A DNA stretch of 64,000 nt from Octopus sinensis (Eukaryota), in contig NC_042997.1 in NCBI RefSeq assembly GCF_006345805.1, positions 203,856,001 to 203,920,000 on the forward strand, given 5' to 3'. Below the pieces are notes generated by a model, which saw nothing but the letters and a program-made list of their open reading frames with translations, ran no database searches and was not told the origin of the DNA. The position numbers and the translations under genes are program-made. Of this stretch, positions 14,115-27,220 are shown piece after piece; position 1 is the stretch's first letter; every line of letters begins with the position of its first letter.

Positions 14115-17100
14115 ACTCCACCACCACTCACACACATAAAGACACACCAACACAAAGATACCCACCACCCCACATACAAACACACACACACACACACACA
14201 CACACAAATACACACTCACACATACAAACACACGCCCACACATACAAACACATACAAACACACACACACATACAAATACACACACATACAAACACACACA
14301 AAAACACACATACAAACACACACACACACACATACAAACACATGCACACACATACAAACACTCGCAAACACACATATACAAACACACACACTCACAAACA
14401 CTCTCACACAATCATACACACACAAACACACACATACATACACACACACACATACACACACATCATCTAATACCACCACTTTGTCAACCATAGCTTTCAT
14501 TCCTGAAGATCAATGATCAATTCCTGAGTTTCTGCTCATTTTCCAATCAATCACCCTACAAAATGTTTCAATTTCCAATCAAAACCAATTTGGTAATATT
14601 TATTGACCTTAACATTCCAATATTTCTTTTCTTCTTAAAGAACGTCATGGTAACAACACGAGAAACATCAGCAGCCATTATTAAAACCGATATACTCTCT
14701 AGTAATGGCTACATTCATATAATAGATCAGGTAAGATCAATAATCAATAATACAAATATGATTGATTTTTTTCCCCCTCTCAGATATTTTATCTGCATAT
14801 AATTTTGATGAATTAATCAGTAAAGGTGAATGGTCTAATGGTTAGAGTCCTGTAGAGATGGCCACCACAAGATCATGGTTTTCATTCTAAGACCAGGCAA
14901 TGCTTTTGCATTAATTTCATGTTGCTTTGTGACCACTGCAACATCTGACATGTGGCACATCATGTGAGACATCATGCACCAGAATAGGTAATTCTTTTAT
15001 TCTCTTACTTGTTTCAATCATTTTGACTGCAGCCATGCTGGAGCACTACCTTTAGTTGAACGAATTGATCCCAGGACTTATTCTTTGTAAGACTTGTACT
15101 TATCTTATCGGTCTTTTTTGCTGAACTGCTAAGTTACAGGGACGTAAACACACCAACGAAGCTGCTTGAAACAGCCGTAATGCATTGATACCTGGACATC
15201 CTTGTTACTTATTTGCTTTTTATTCACCTAACTTTGAGTGGTGTGGACTGTACCGAACTGGCTTGGTGCCTCAGTTTAAGTAGCTAATTAAACTGAATCT
15301 TAATTATATATCTTTTGTCCTTTAGTTGTTGCAGTCATTAGGCTGCGGCCAAGGTGGAGCACTGCCTTGAAGAATGTCAGTTGGTCAAATCAACTTAAGT
15401 GCTGATCATTTTTTAAGCCTGGTACTTATCCTATTGGTCTGTTTTGCTGAAGCGCTAAACTAGGGGACATAAACACACTAACACCAGTTGCCAAGCATTG
15501 GTGGGAGACAAACAGACATACACACACACACACACACACATAATGAATATCTTTCAGTTTCTCTCCACCAAATTCGCTCACAAGACTTTAGTTTACCTGA
15601 GGCTATAGCAGAAGACCCTTGCCCTCAGTGCTACCATGCAGTGTGTCTGAACCTGGAGCCATGGGGTTGGGAAGCAAGCTTCTTACCAGACAGCCACGCC
15701 TGCACCAATGTGAAATCTTTGAAACTAAATGTTTTCTTTATTCTCTTTTAGGTTCTGGAACCTTTCCTAGAAAATCAGGAGAGACCATCTCTATCAGAAT
15801 TTTTTTCTGCTCATCCAGAATATTCTACGTTTTCGGAAGCATTGCTTGTAAATATTTTCTGCATCTTTTTCTTTATTTTTATTTTTTGTTTTTTAGTATT
15901 CTACAACTCTATAAAGGTTCATATGTAGACAGGGAAAATAACAACATGGACAGTTGATCCTGGAGTTGACCAGTGATGTGTTCAAAGAAACCCATTTTCA
16001 AATATCAAATAATCAGACTGGATTAGAAACTTTTTAAATAGCAACAAAATAGCTGCTCTGAAACATTGCTTGCCTCCCCAGCTAGAAATAGCAGTGAACT
16101 GGCAGAAGCATTAGCATGTTGGGCGAAATGCTTAGCGGTATTTCATCTGCCGCTAGTTCTGAGTTCAAATTCCGCCAAGGTCAACTTTGCCTTTCATCCT
16201 TTTGGGGTCGATAAATTAAGTACCAGTTACGCACTGGGGTCGATTTAATCAACTTAATCCGTTTGCCTGTCCTTGTTTGCCCCCTCTGTGTTTAGCCCTT
16301 TGTGGGCAATAAAGAAATAAGGAAAGAAATAAAGAAATAAGAAATAGCTACCAAATCTCCCTGAATCACACTCGATCATTTTAAAGAAAGAAAGACACAA
16401 ATGATCATGTAGCTCTACACATAGAGAAAAGCATAGATGGGATGATCGTGGCTGGATTGTCTTTCATTATAGATCTGATCAATCAGGGCTAACTGAAGGC
16501 TCAGTAACTGGCATTGTGTTCTTTCAGTTGCTGAGTTGCTTTAACCCTTTTGTTACCATCTTTCCGATAAAATATGCTCCGTATCCAACAAGTGTCTTCC
16601 CCTGGCAGGGGAGATAATCATTTCTTCAAAACATTTGGCAGGATCAGAAATTTGAATTTGAAATTAATGAATCACAAGGAAAAACAAAGAGAGAGCTCAC
16701 ATGTTTTATTTTCCTTTCTGTTGACTTTTTATGTAGTTCTTGAAATTTCTGGTCAGTAGTAATCATATGTAGCTGTATTTCATTCTTTTTAGAAATCACC
16801 AGCTTGACAAAACCTGGAATCTATTAATTAAATACAATATAAAGCAATGCATTTCTTGTAGATGGAAGATAATTACAGTCTGAAAAAATTCATGGAATGT
16901 GTGTTTTGCTTTTCAATCAAATTATTAGAATAAAAAACAATTTAGCAAAATAAGTTTCATAATAAAGCTGGACCTCTTCCTGACAGGTGTCCCAGATGAA
17001 CCAACTTCACGGCAGGAGGTGCAGATGAGGGCAGCTGCATCAAACTCTCTTATGCACCAAATGTCAATTGCTAAAAAAGCATTTGTGAAGTAAAATCATG

Positions 17101-20100
17101 TAGCAACACCGAATGGCGGTGCCCCAGCATGGCCACAGCTCGTGAGCTGAAACTAGAGGAAATGAAATGAAAAAAAATGATTGTATTATCAAGTGTGAGT
17201 TGGAACAAATTAACATGAGATTTCAAAGGAAGATTATAATTTAGATCACTTTAGGACAGGAAGTTTGTGTCCAGAATAAGAGGCCGAGTCAGGTAGGTTG
17301 GTATGAAAAAAGTGGTACCATGCCTAATATATAGTTGTTCCTGTTTGGTTTCTGATTGACTAAACCCGTTCATGATATGTCCTTTTGTTTACAGACATTA
17401 GAGTGTGAATTGAAGGTTTCTAGTGGATCACTAGGGACTCCCACATTGGCTTCCATATTATATGTGTTTTAGAGGTTTATCAATTTCTTTTGTGCATTTT
17501 GGACCTCAACAGATCTATGAATCTACAGCTATTTAATACCATTGTCACGAATCAATGATGTTACATTTAAAACAGGAATGTCATAAATCATATTCAACTC
17601 ATTTGATACCAACCTAAGACTACCCCTGGTTCTACGATACGGCCTTCATCATCATCATCATCATCATCGTTTAACGTCCGCTTTCCATGCTAGCATGGGT
17701 TGGACGGTTCAACTGGGGTCTGGCAAGCTCGAAGGCTGCACCAGGTCAGTCAGATCTGGCCGTGTTTCTACAGCTGGATGCCCTTTCTAACGCCAACCAC
17801 TCCGAGAGTGTAGTGGGTGATTTTATGTGCCACCGACACAGGTGCCAGGCGAGGCTGGCAGACGGCCACGCTCGGATGGTGTTTTTACGTGCCACCGACA
17901 CAGGTGCCAGATGAGGCTGGCGAACGGCCATGCTTGGATGGTGTTTGTTACGTGCCCTCAGCACGGAGGCCAGTCGATGCGGTACTGGCTACGGTCACGC
18001 TCGGATGTGTGTTCCACACATCATATAAATAACAACAAAATTAGTCTATTAAATTCTTCATCAAAATTAATTGAAATAAAAGCAGTATATTTCAACAGAA
18101 ATATGGTAACGAAAAGATTCAAAGTGATCTAAATTTAAATCTTCCATCAAAATTTCATGTAAGTTCCAAACACATTATTTATACTGACAAGGTTTTTCTG
18201 ATTAATTAATTGAAGCAAATGCAGTGTATTTCAACAGAAATATGGGAACAACAGACTAAATATTCAAAGTCTAGTGATAATGACAAATAAAATATTTTGT
18301 CTTTTTGTTAACATTGTGATTATAATTCCAAAATAATTAAGAAGAGCTCATTTCTTTTGTTTGTGACAGTCTGATTAATTTTAAAAAATCTCTTTAACAT
18401 TCAGATTATTGCTCTTAAATGTAATGCTTATCTATTGACACCAGTTTCATATTAATCCTCATTATCTTGTAACTCTGAAATTTTAATGATGTGATTGTTT
18501 ATTTTTAGAATGAATTTGTAGGGTAAATGTGAAAGGCCTGATCTGACCAGCTTTAAATATAAAACAGGTAGAATATTTGGGCTAGATACGGTTGGTTTAA
18601 ATGTAATACAAAAGCTAAGTTGGCATTTAAATAATCTAATATGATGCTTATAAAATAGGATAATGGATTGGTTGATAAACTGGAAGATATGGATGATTAC
18701 ACCCTGTTTGTGCCTGATAAGAATGCCATGCAGGATTGCAGTCAAAAACTTGTAAGTAAATTCTTTAGGCTTCAAATTTTGTGATTTATTATTATTATTA
18801 TTTTTTAATTGTGGTTTTGTGGTTAAGAAATTTTGTTCCCAGCCATATAGTTCAGGATCTACTTCCACCCCACTGGGTGGCACCTTGGCCATGTGTCATC
18901 TACAATGGCCCTGGGACTACCAATTCTTTGGAAGTGGATTTGGGAGACAGAAACTGGAAGAAGACCATTGTGTGTGTGTGAGTGTGAGATTATTCAATAT
19001 TATTTCAAAATTTCTTACCAATAGAGAAAGATCCTTCATTGGGATTTCAACAACATCAACAGGGCATTTTTACATGTATGTGTGTGTATATATATGTGCA
19101 GTATTTGGAGTCAGTGCAGATTTCTATGTTTGTTTATGTATGTATTCTCATGCCAGTCATCGAATTTGATTTCAGTTTTGATTTCACTTGCCTCAACAGG
19201 TCTTTGCAAGCAGAGTTTAGTGTCCAATGAGTTTAGTGAAAGAATTATCATCATCATCATCATCGTTTAACGTCCGCTTTCCATGCTAGCATGGGTTGGA
19301 CGGTTCAACTGGGGTCTGGTAAGCCCGAAGGCTGCACCAGGCCAGTCAGATCTGGCAGTGTTTCTACAGCTGGATGCCCTTCCTAACGCCAACCACTCCG
19401 AGAGTGTAGTGGGTGATTTTATGTGCCACCGACACAGGTGCCAGACGAGGCTGGCAGATGGTCACGCTCGAATGGTGTTTTTTATGTGCCACCGACACAG
19501 GTGCCAGACGAGGCTGGCAGACGGCCACGCTCGGATGGTGTTTTTTATGTGCCACCGACACAGGTGCCAGACGAGGCTGGCGAATTAACATATAATATTT
19601 GTACTACAGTATGTATGCATGTGTGTAATGAGAACAGTCATTTTGAGTATGTGTGTGTGACAAAATATTTTCGTTTATGAACCATATCTCATGTTGAAGT
19701 GAATAGACATGTGAGTCCACATGGGAAACTTGTGTGTGGAGCTACAGAGAGGACATGTGTCTTTGACCGAAAGCTGGCAGGAACTGGTGAATTTCTACAG
19801 TGTAGCACTGAATGAGCTACTGTATCAAAGCAAGGCTAGTGTATCAAAGTGAGGCTAGATGCCTCATCGATATATTCGTCTGCTATGCAGGTTGACTCAC
19901 ATATTACTATGTAATATGTAGCTCTGCTACAGAACACAGATGCTCAATGACAATGATGATGATGATCATGTTGGTGATAATGACATCTATGCATTATTAT
20001 TAGAACATCTGTCATTGTCAATGATGACCAAAGACATCAAATGGGAGAAGAGGAAAGGGGGGAATGATGTGCCCTGCTGTGACTGATCTGTCTGATGCGT

Positions 20101-21096
20101 GCTCAGAAGGCTCTGCCATTGGTTGAGCACTGCTGTTCTGCAGGCAATGAGGGCAAGGAGTCGGCTCTGGACTGGTGCAGTTCACATTTCTGCTTTTTAT
20201 CCTTGCAATCGTGTTCTGTTGGTAGGAGATGGCCCATCCATGGGTACAGCTTTGCCAAGTAGGGCAGTCTTGGACATGCATTTTCCAGGTGTTAGGATTG
20301 ACCTCAAAGCTCTCCATGCACACAGACACACACACACACACATGCCTATATAAATGCATGTATAACATCATTTCTGTCTTTTACAGGGTTTTCGTGTTCT
20401 CTCTTATTACATTTTACCATTCACCCTAATGTCAGCCTCAATGACCAATGGACTAAAAGTGAAGACCAGTCTGGGGCAGCTCCATCAGCTCATCTTCAGA
20501 ACTCAAGAACATAAGGTTAGTCTTATACAACAGTAAGGCTCATTATAATTTAGGTCGTCAAGGATTTCTCTCTCTCTCTCTCTCTTACACACACCTCTCA
20601 TTTTCTTTCTCTCTCTCTCTCTCTCATTCACACATCTCATTTCCCCCCTCTCTTTCACACACATCTCATTTTCCCTTTCTCTCTCTCTCTCTCTCTTGCA
20701 CACACACATCTCATTTTCTTTCTCTCTCTCTCTCTTGCACACATCTCATTTTCCCTTTCTCTCTCTCTCTCTCTCTTGCACACACACATCTCATTTTCTT
20801 TCTCTCTCTCTCTCTTGCACACACATCTCATTTTCTTTCTCTCTCTCTCTCTCTTGCACACACACATTTCATTTTCTTTCTCTCTCTCCCTCTCTCTCTC
20901 ATTCACACATCTCATTTCCCCCCTCTCTTTCACACACATCTCATTTTCCCTTTCTCTCTCTGTCCCTCTCTCTCACACACACACATCTCATTTTCTTTTT
21001 CTTTCTCTCTCTCTTTCTCTCTCCCACATCTCATTTTCTCTCTCCCTCTCTCTCTCACACACATCACATTTTCTCTCTTTCACTCTCCCACACACC

Positions 21097-21133
<37 letters not shown>

Positions 21134-24100
21134 CACTTACATCTCATTCTCTCTTTCATTAATCTTCTACAAAATTATTTATCCTCATTTTCTGTTAAAT
21201 TTTTTAATAATTTTGAAATTGTTGAAATTGTTAAATCCTTCAACATATACACAAAAATAAAATGAGTAATCTTCTGAACTTTTGAAATTTGGATTCCAGA
21301 ATTTCTTAGGGAGGAAGGTAAAGCATGACCTTTTACAGGGACCTCAAAACTGGTACTGCTGAGGGACTGGCCTGCAAACACCTTTGGATCCCACCTCAAT
21401 GGGATCATCTCTGGCTTACCATCCATTACTTCAGAATAGCTCCAGCAGTTCAATGTATTTCTAGCGCTTTCCCTTATTTACTCAATAATAGGTGCAGGAG
21501 TGGCTGTGTGGTAAGTAGCTTGCTTACCGACCACACAGTTCTGGGATCAGTCCCACTGCATGGCACCTTGAGCAAGTGTCTGCTACTATAGCCTCAGGCT
21601 GACCAAAGCCTTGTGAGTGGATTTGGTAGACGGAAACTGAAAGAAGCCCTTCGTATATGTGTGTGTGTGTATGCTTGTGTGTGTGTGTGTGTGTATGTTT
21701 GTGTGTCCGTGTTTGTCTCCCCAACATTGCTTGACAATCGATGCTGGTGTGTTTACGTCCCCATAACTTAGCCGTTTGGCAAAATAGACCGATAGAATCA
21801 GTACTCGGCTTACAAAAAATAAGTCCTGGGGTTGATTTTCTCGACTAAAGGCAGTGCTCCAGTTAAATGACTGCAACAAGTAAAAGAATAAAAAAATAAT
21901 ATAAATGGGAAAAAAAAAAAAGAAAATAGGTGAAGGCGTGGCTGTGTGGTAAGAATTTTGCTTCCCAATCTCATGGTTCCTGTTTCAGTCCCACTGCATG
22001 GCAACTTAGGCAAACGTCTTCTACAATAGCCTTGGGCTGACCAAAGCCTTGTGAGTGGAATTGGGAGATGGAAACCGAAAGAAGCCCATCGTATATATGC
22101 ATGTGTGTGTGTGTGTGTGTGTGTTTATGTCTGTGTTTGTCCTCCACCACTGCTTTCACAACCTTTGTTGGTGTGTTTATGTCCCATAACTTAACAGTTC
22201 AGCAAAGGAGACCAGTATAATAAGTACCAAGTTTAAAACAATAAGCACTGGAGTTGATTCATTTGACTAAAAATTCTTCAAGGTGGTGCCCCAGCATGGC
22301 CACAGTCCAATGACTGAAACAAGTAAAAGATAAAAGATATAACGGGGTTAATTCATTCAACTAAAACCCTTCAAGGTGGTGCCCCAGCATGGCCGCAGTC
22401 CAATGACTGAAACAAGTAAAAGATATAACGGGGTTAATTCATTCAACTAAAACCCTTCAAGGTGGTGCCCCAGCATGGCCACAGTCCAATGACTGAAACA
22501 AGTAAAAGATAAAAGATATAACGGGGTTAATTCATTCAACTAAAACCCTTCAAGGTGGTGCCCCAGCATGGCCACAGTCCAATGCCTGAAACAAGTAAAA
22601 GATAAAAAATAAATGCAACAGTGAAAATTTACCATTTCCTCCACTTTTTGTTATTTAGGAATAAATTTGTGAACAGTTTTCAAAGTGAATAAATGTTTGT
22701 TTTTGCCAGGTATTTGTGAATGATGTCAGCATTACGTTGATGGATGTCCTCACAGTTGGTGGCATTATTCATATCATCAATGGCTGTCTGGTGCCTGTAC
22801 TGCATCGTTGTGACAATGAAGTTATGGAGACCAACAAGGTTTGTCATGTATTTCACATTACATCATATGTACATAAATACACGCTTATGTTGCTGTTGTG
22901 TATTCACACATCACTGGTGCTGAGCTGTCTCAGCCTTTGCCTTTCCCTTGGATAACATGTTATAATATTCCTCCTATCTATTTCCCCTGTTCCTTATTCC
23001 TGGGAGGGTCCTGGGGGTAGAGTCTTCAGGCACCTCCTTCATAATCAGAAGCATTCTGACTAGATTCCCAAACATGACCAAATAAGACAATGGATATTAT
23101 CCATTATTATAAGGCAGCGAGCTGGCAGAATCGTTAGCACACTGGGTGAAATGCGTAGCCGTATTTCGTCTGCCGTTACGTTCTGAGTTCAAATTCCGCC
23201 CAGGTCCACTTTGCCTTTCATCCTTTCGGGGTCAATAAATTAAGTACCAGTTATGCACTGGGGTCGATGTAATCGACTTAATCCGTTTGTCCCCTCTATG
23301 TTTAGCCCCTTGTGGGTAATAAAGAAACGGATATTATCCAGCCACTTCGTTCCTAATCTACTCCTAAGTCTCCTGCCAGTTGGCTCAGTTTGAAGAGTCC
23401 AGTTTGTGAGTCATTCCTGCAACATTCTAACCACATATCTGAAGTATCAAAGCTATGACTTCTCAGTGTCATGAAGCAGTGGCTCACCTTGAAGAGAGAC
23501 TCCCTGATCTCTGATCTCTGAGATATACACCTTGTCAAGTAATGTTGCTGTCATAATACTCCAAATAATATTTACAAAGCAATACCTAGCCTGACATTAC
23601 TTTCTTCACTTTAAACCATGAGATTTCCTATGGCTCTTTGGACACCCTTGAGTTCTGTCTATTTTTCAAGGAAAGGAATTTATTGGAGTAAAGATTGTTT
23701 GCCAACATAGCATGGCAGTCCTGGTTTAGGACGAATGTTGTTGTAATTTAGCCCCAGGAGATATCGTCTCCAGTGGCTATACGACCCGATCTGTGTCCTT
23801 ATATTTTCAAACAAGGGCATCTAGCACCCCCACTATATATAAGTACACAGATCATGACGTATAGCCAGCTGGACATGATGTCTCTTGGGGCTAAATTACA
23901 GCAACATTCGTCCTAAACCAGGACTGCCATGTTATGTTGGCAAACAATCTTTACTTGAAGATACTGTTGCTGGATATCTCTCGTTGTGAGATTTACAAAT
24001 AGTAATTTTCTAAGGAATTCATTGTATTCAAGTTTTCCTTGTCTTTTCTTCTGTCCTGAATCTTTTATCTTACACCATCAAGAAGGCATGTAGCCTTGTG

Positions 24101-25604
24101 ATAAGGTGTTACACTCACATTTACAAGATCATTGATTTCGATTCCTAGACTGGGAGGTCCGTCATGTTCTTGAGCAAATTACTTCATTTCACATTGCTCC
24201 AGTCCACTCAGCTGTAGATGGGTCCCCCTACAATGGACTGGTGTCCTGAACAGGGGGGAAATGTTGTGATCTTGGTCACTTGTATATGCCAAAGAAACCA
24301 GATGACTAGCCCTCTGAGTCCAAGGACTTGTAGATAGTAAAGTCCAGGGGACCTACTTTCATCATGATGGCATCTCTTTCTTTCACATCCTCTCCTTACT
24401 TGATCAAATATCAAGCAACTTTTAACCTTCAGCTAATATGCTACATTAATGATATTTCTCTTTTAGACTTCTTGTATATCCTGCGATGAAGAATTCACTT
24501 GTCCACCGGAATATCATAAAGTAGCTGTATTAAAACATGTTTGCAGTTATAAAACCCCAGAGGGAGAATTGCTAGGATGTACAGCACTGTGTCGAAGGCT
24601 TAAAGTTGTAAGTTATTTCTCGTTAACCGTTTTGGCACTAACACATTTAAGATCAACCTCGGTCCAGTGACACAAACTTCATGTTATAAAGTGTTTTCTT
24701 CATGTTTTAAAGTGTTGGTAGTTGAGTGCTGATACTTCCAAATGCACCAATTACTATAGGTATCACATCTACTCTCTTCATTGACCACAGCCTTTGTATT
24801 TCCCACTTCAAATCATCATAGTTGTTTATTTTTTCTTCTTCTTCCACATTGATCCTGTTGTCACCGAGGTATGCTATGTCGATTATCATACATATTCTTA
24901 TTATCATCATCATTATTATTATTCAATAGTCTTACTTTTATCACATGCTTTCACTGCACTACCAAGTGCAATCTCTGTGTGCCTTGAGCATGTGCTGTAG
25001 TTTGTTGTGATGCTTTTATTGTTACTGTATTGAAAGTGTTTTACATAGGATGTGTGTGGTGCCTAGTCGTGCCATTTTCTGCATATTATTCATCATCATC
25101 ATCCTCCTCATCATCATCATTAAACATCTGCTTTCCATGCTGGCATGGGTTGGACGATTTGACTGAGGTCTGGCGAATCAGATGGCTGCACCAGACTCCA
25201 ATCTGATCTGGCAGGGTTTCTACAGCTGGATGCCCTTCCTAACGCCAACCACTCTGAGAGTGTAGTGGGTGCTTTTATGTGCCACCAGCACGAGGGCTGG
25301 TCGGCGGTACTGGCAACAGCCACGCTCAAATGGTGCTTTTTATGTGCCACCTGCACAGGAGCCAGTCCAGCGGCACTGGCAACAACCTCGCTTGAATGTT
25401 TTTACATGTGCCACCAGCACAAGTGCTAGTAAGGCAACACAGGTAACGATCACACTCGAATGGTGCTTTTAACGTGCCATCAGCACAGAGGCCAGCTTGT
25501 TGCTCTGGCAACAATTACACTCATATGGTACTCTTTGCGCTCCACTAGCAACGGATGCCAGTCATCGAATTTGATTTCGATTATTTTTATTATTATTATT
25601 ATTA

Positions 25605-25641
<37 letters not shown>

Positions 25642-25804
25642 CATCATCATCATCATTATCAATGTTATTTCCAGACTCCAGCCTGTTGTTATGGATATTA
25701 TGGACCTGAATGCGAGGGTAAGTAAATCAAAGATGCATTTCTTTAAATAAGAGCTTTAGAGCATCAAATAAAAATCATGTGGCATGCATGGTAGTACATC
25801 TGTT

Positions 25805-25851
<47 letters not shown>

Positions 25852-25855
25852 ATGG

Positions 25856-25886
<31 letters not shown>

Positions 25887-27129
25887 TATATAATGTACAC
25901 AGTATAAAGATATGAGCTACTTACAGTTTCTTGTTTTGGAGACACATGTTTAGGCAGGTTTTTATAACACGCCTTGTGTTTCCAAGCAATTCTCAGGCTT
26001 TGAGCACATGGTCTATTCTGTATAGACTAAGTGCTCAGAACTTGAAGATTGTTTGGACACAAGAGAAGAAGCCTGTCATATGCATATATCTTAACATGAC
26101 ATGATAATCGTAAATGATTGTCACTGTCATACAAACAGTGTCATTCATTTGCAGTATTCGGTAAAAACATGTCCGGCCATGGGGAAGTATTACCTTGCTC
26201 CGTAAGAGGTAAGGGTTGGCAACAGGAAAGGCTTCCAACCATAGGAAACTTGTCTCGAGAAATTCTGTCTTTCTGTCTTACTGTCTGTTTGTCTTTCTGT
26301 CTTCCATGCGAGCATGGAAAAGTGAATGTTAAAATGGTAATGATAATGAAGATGATGAAATATATGTGTATGTATGTATGTATATATATATATAGGTTAT
26401 GAGAGGTAATGATATCAGTGAGACCCAAAGGTGCCAAGTAATGCTGAATAAGTGTTATGGATGGACCATAGTTAAGCTCCATGTTCGGTGATTATGTGAA
26501 TAAGGGGTCCAATGTAGGTCATATATCAGTGTGTGTATATAAAATTTTTTTTTTCCGTAATGAGATAAAAAAACCAAGGCTGTGTAGATTTTAAAACATT
26601 TGTAAATAGGTCTTACAGCTGTTTCTAGGATATTTATTATATCCCTTCATTGGAGACACTTGGATATCCCAGTTTATGGGATATTCTGTCATCAGAGACA
26701 AATAAGGAATATGCAAAGGGTACAGATTAATGAATTCTGTTATTGAACGTTAATATGTTGGCATCTTTTTTCTGGATGTTTACAACATTAGGACTTTAAC
26801 CCACACGGATTTATGCAGGATTGCACCTAAGGACTTATGGACTTATTTCTACAAGACCGGAAAGTTGAACTATGAACTTTTATGCTTCTTTTTTCTTCTC
26901 TTTCTTCATCTCCTTATTCCTTCACTCCTGTCCTCTATGTTGTCATTTCATTAATCTATACCCTTTTCATGCTCCCTATTTGTCTCTGATGATGGAACAT
27001 CCCATACTCTGGGATATCCTAGAAACAGCTGTAAGTCTTTGAATTTTTTCCAATAATAATAATAATAATATATATGACTTGAGATGTTTGCCTTGCCTTA
27101 ATGTTTGTTGTCCTCTTTAACAATTATCT

Positions 27130-27220
<91 letters not shown>

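Noticed and set aside
22276-22610. CRISPR-like repeat array (also 4621-4877)
   Set aside because: Units are identical end to end with no unique spacers, derive from SINE sequence, and lie in a eukaryotic intron.
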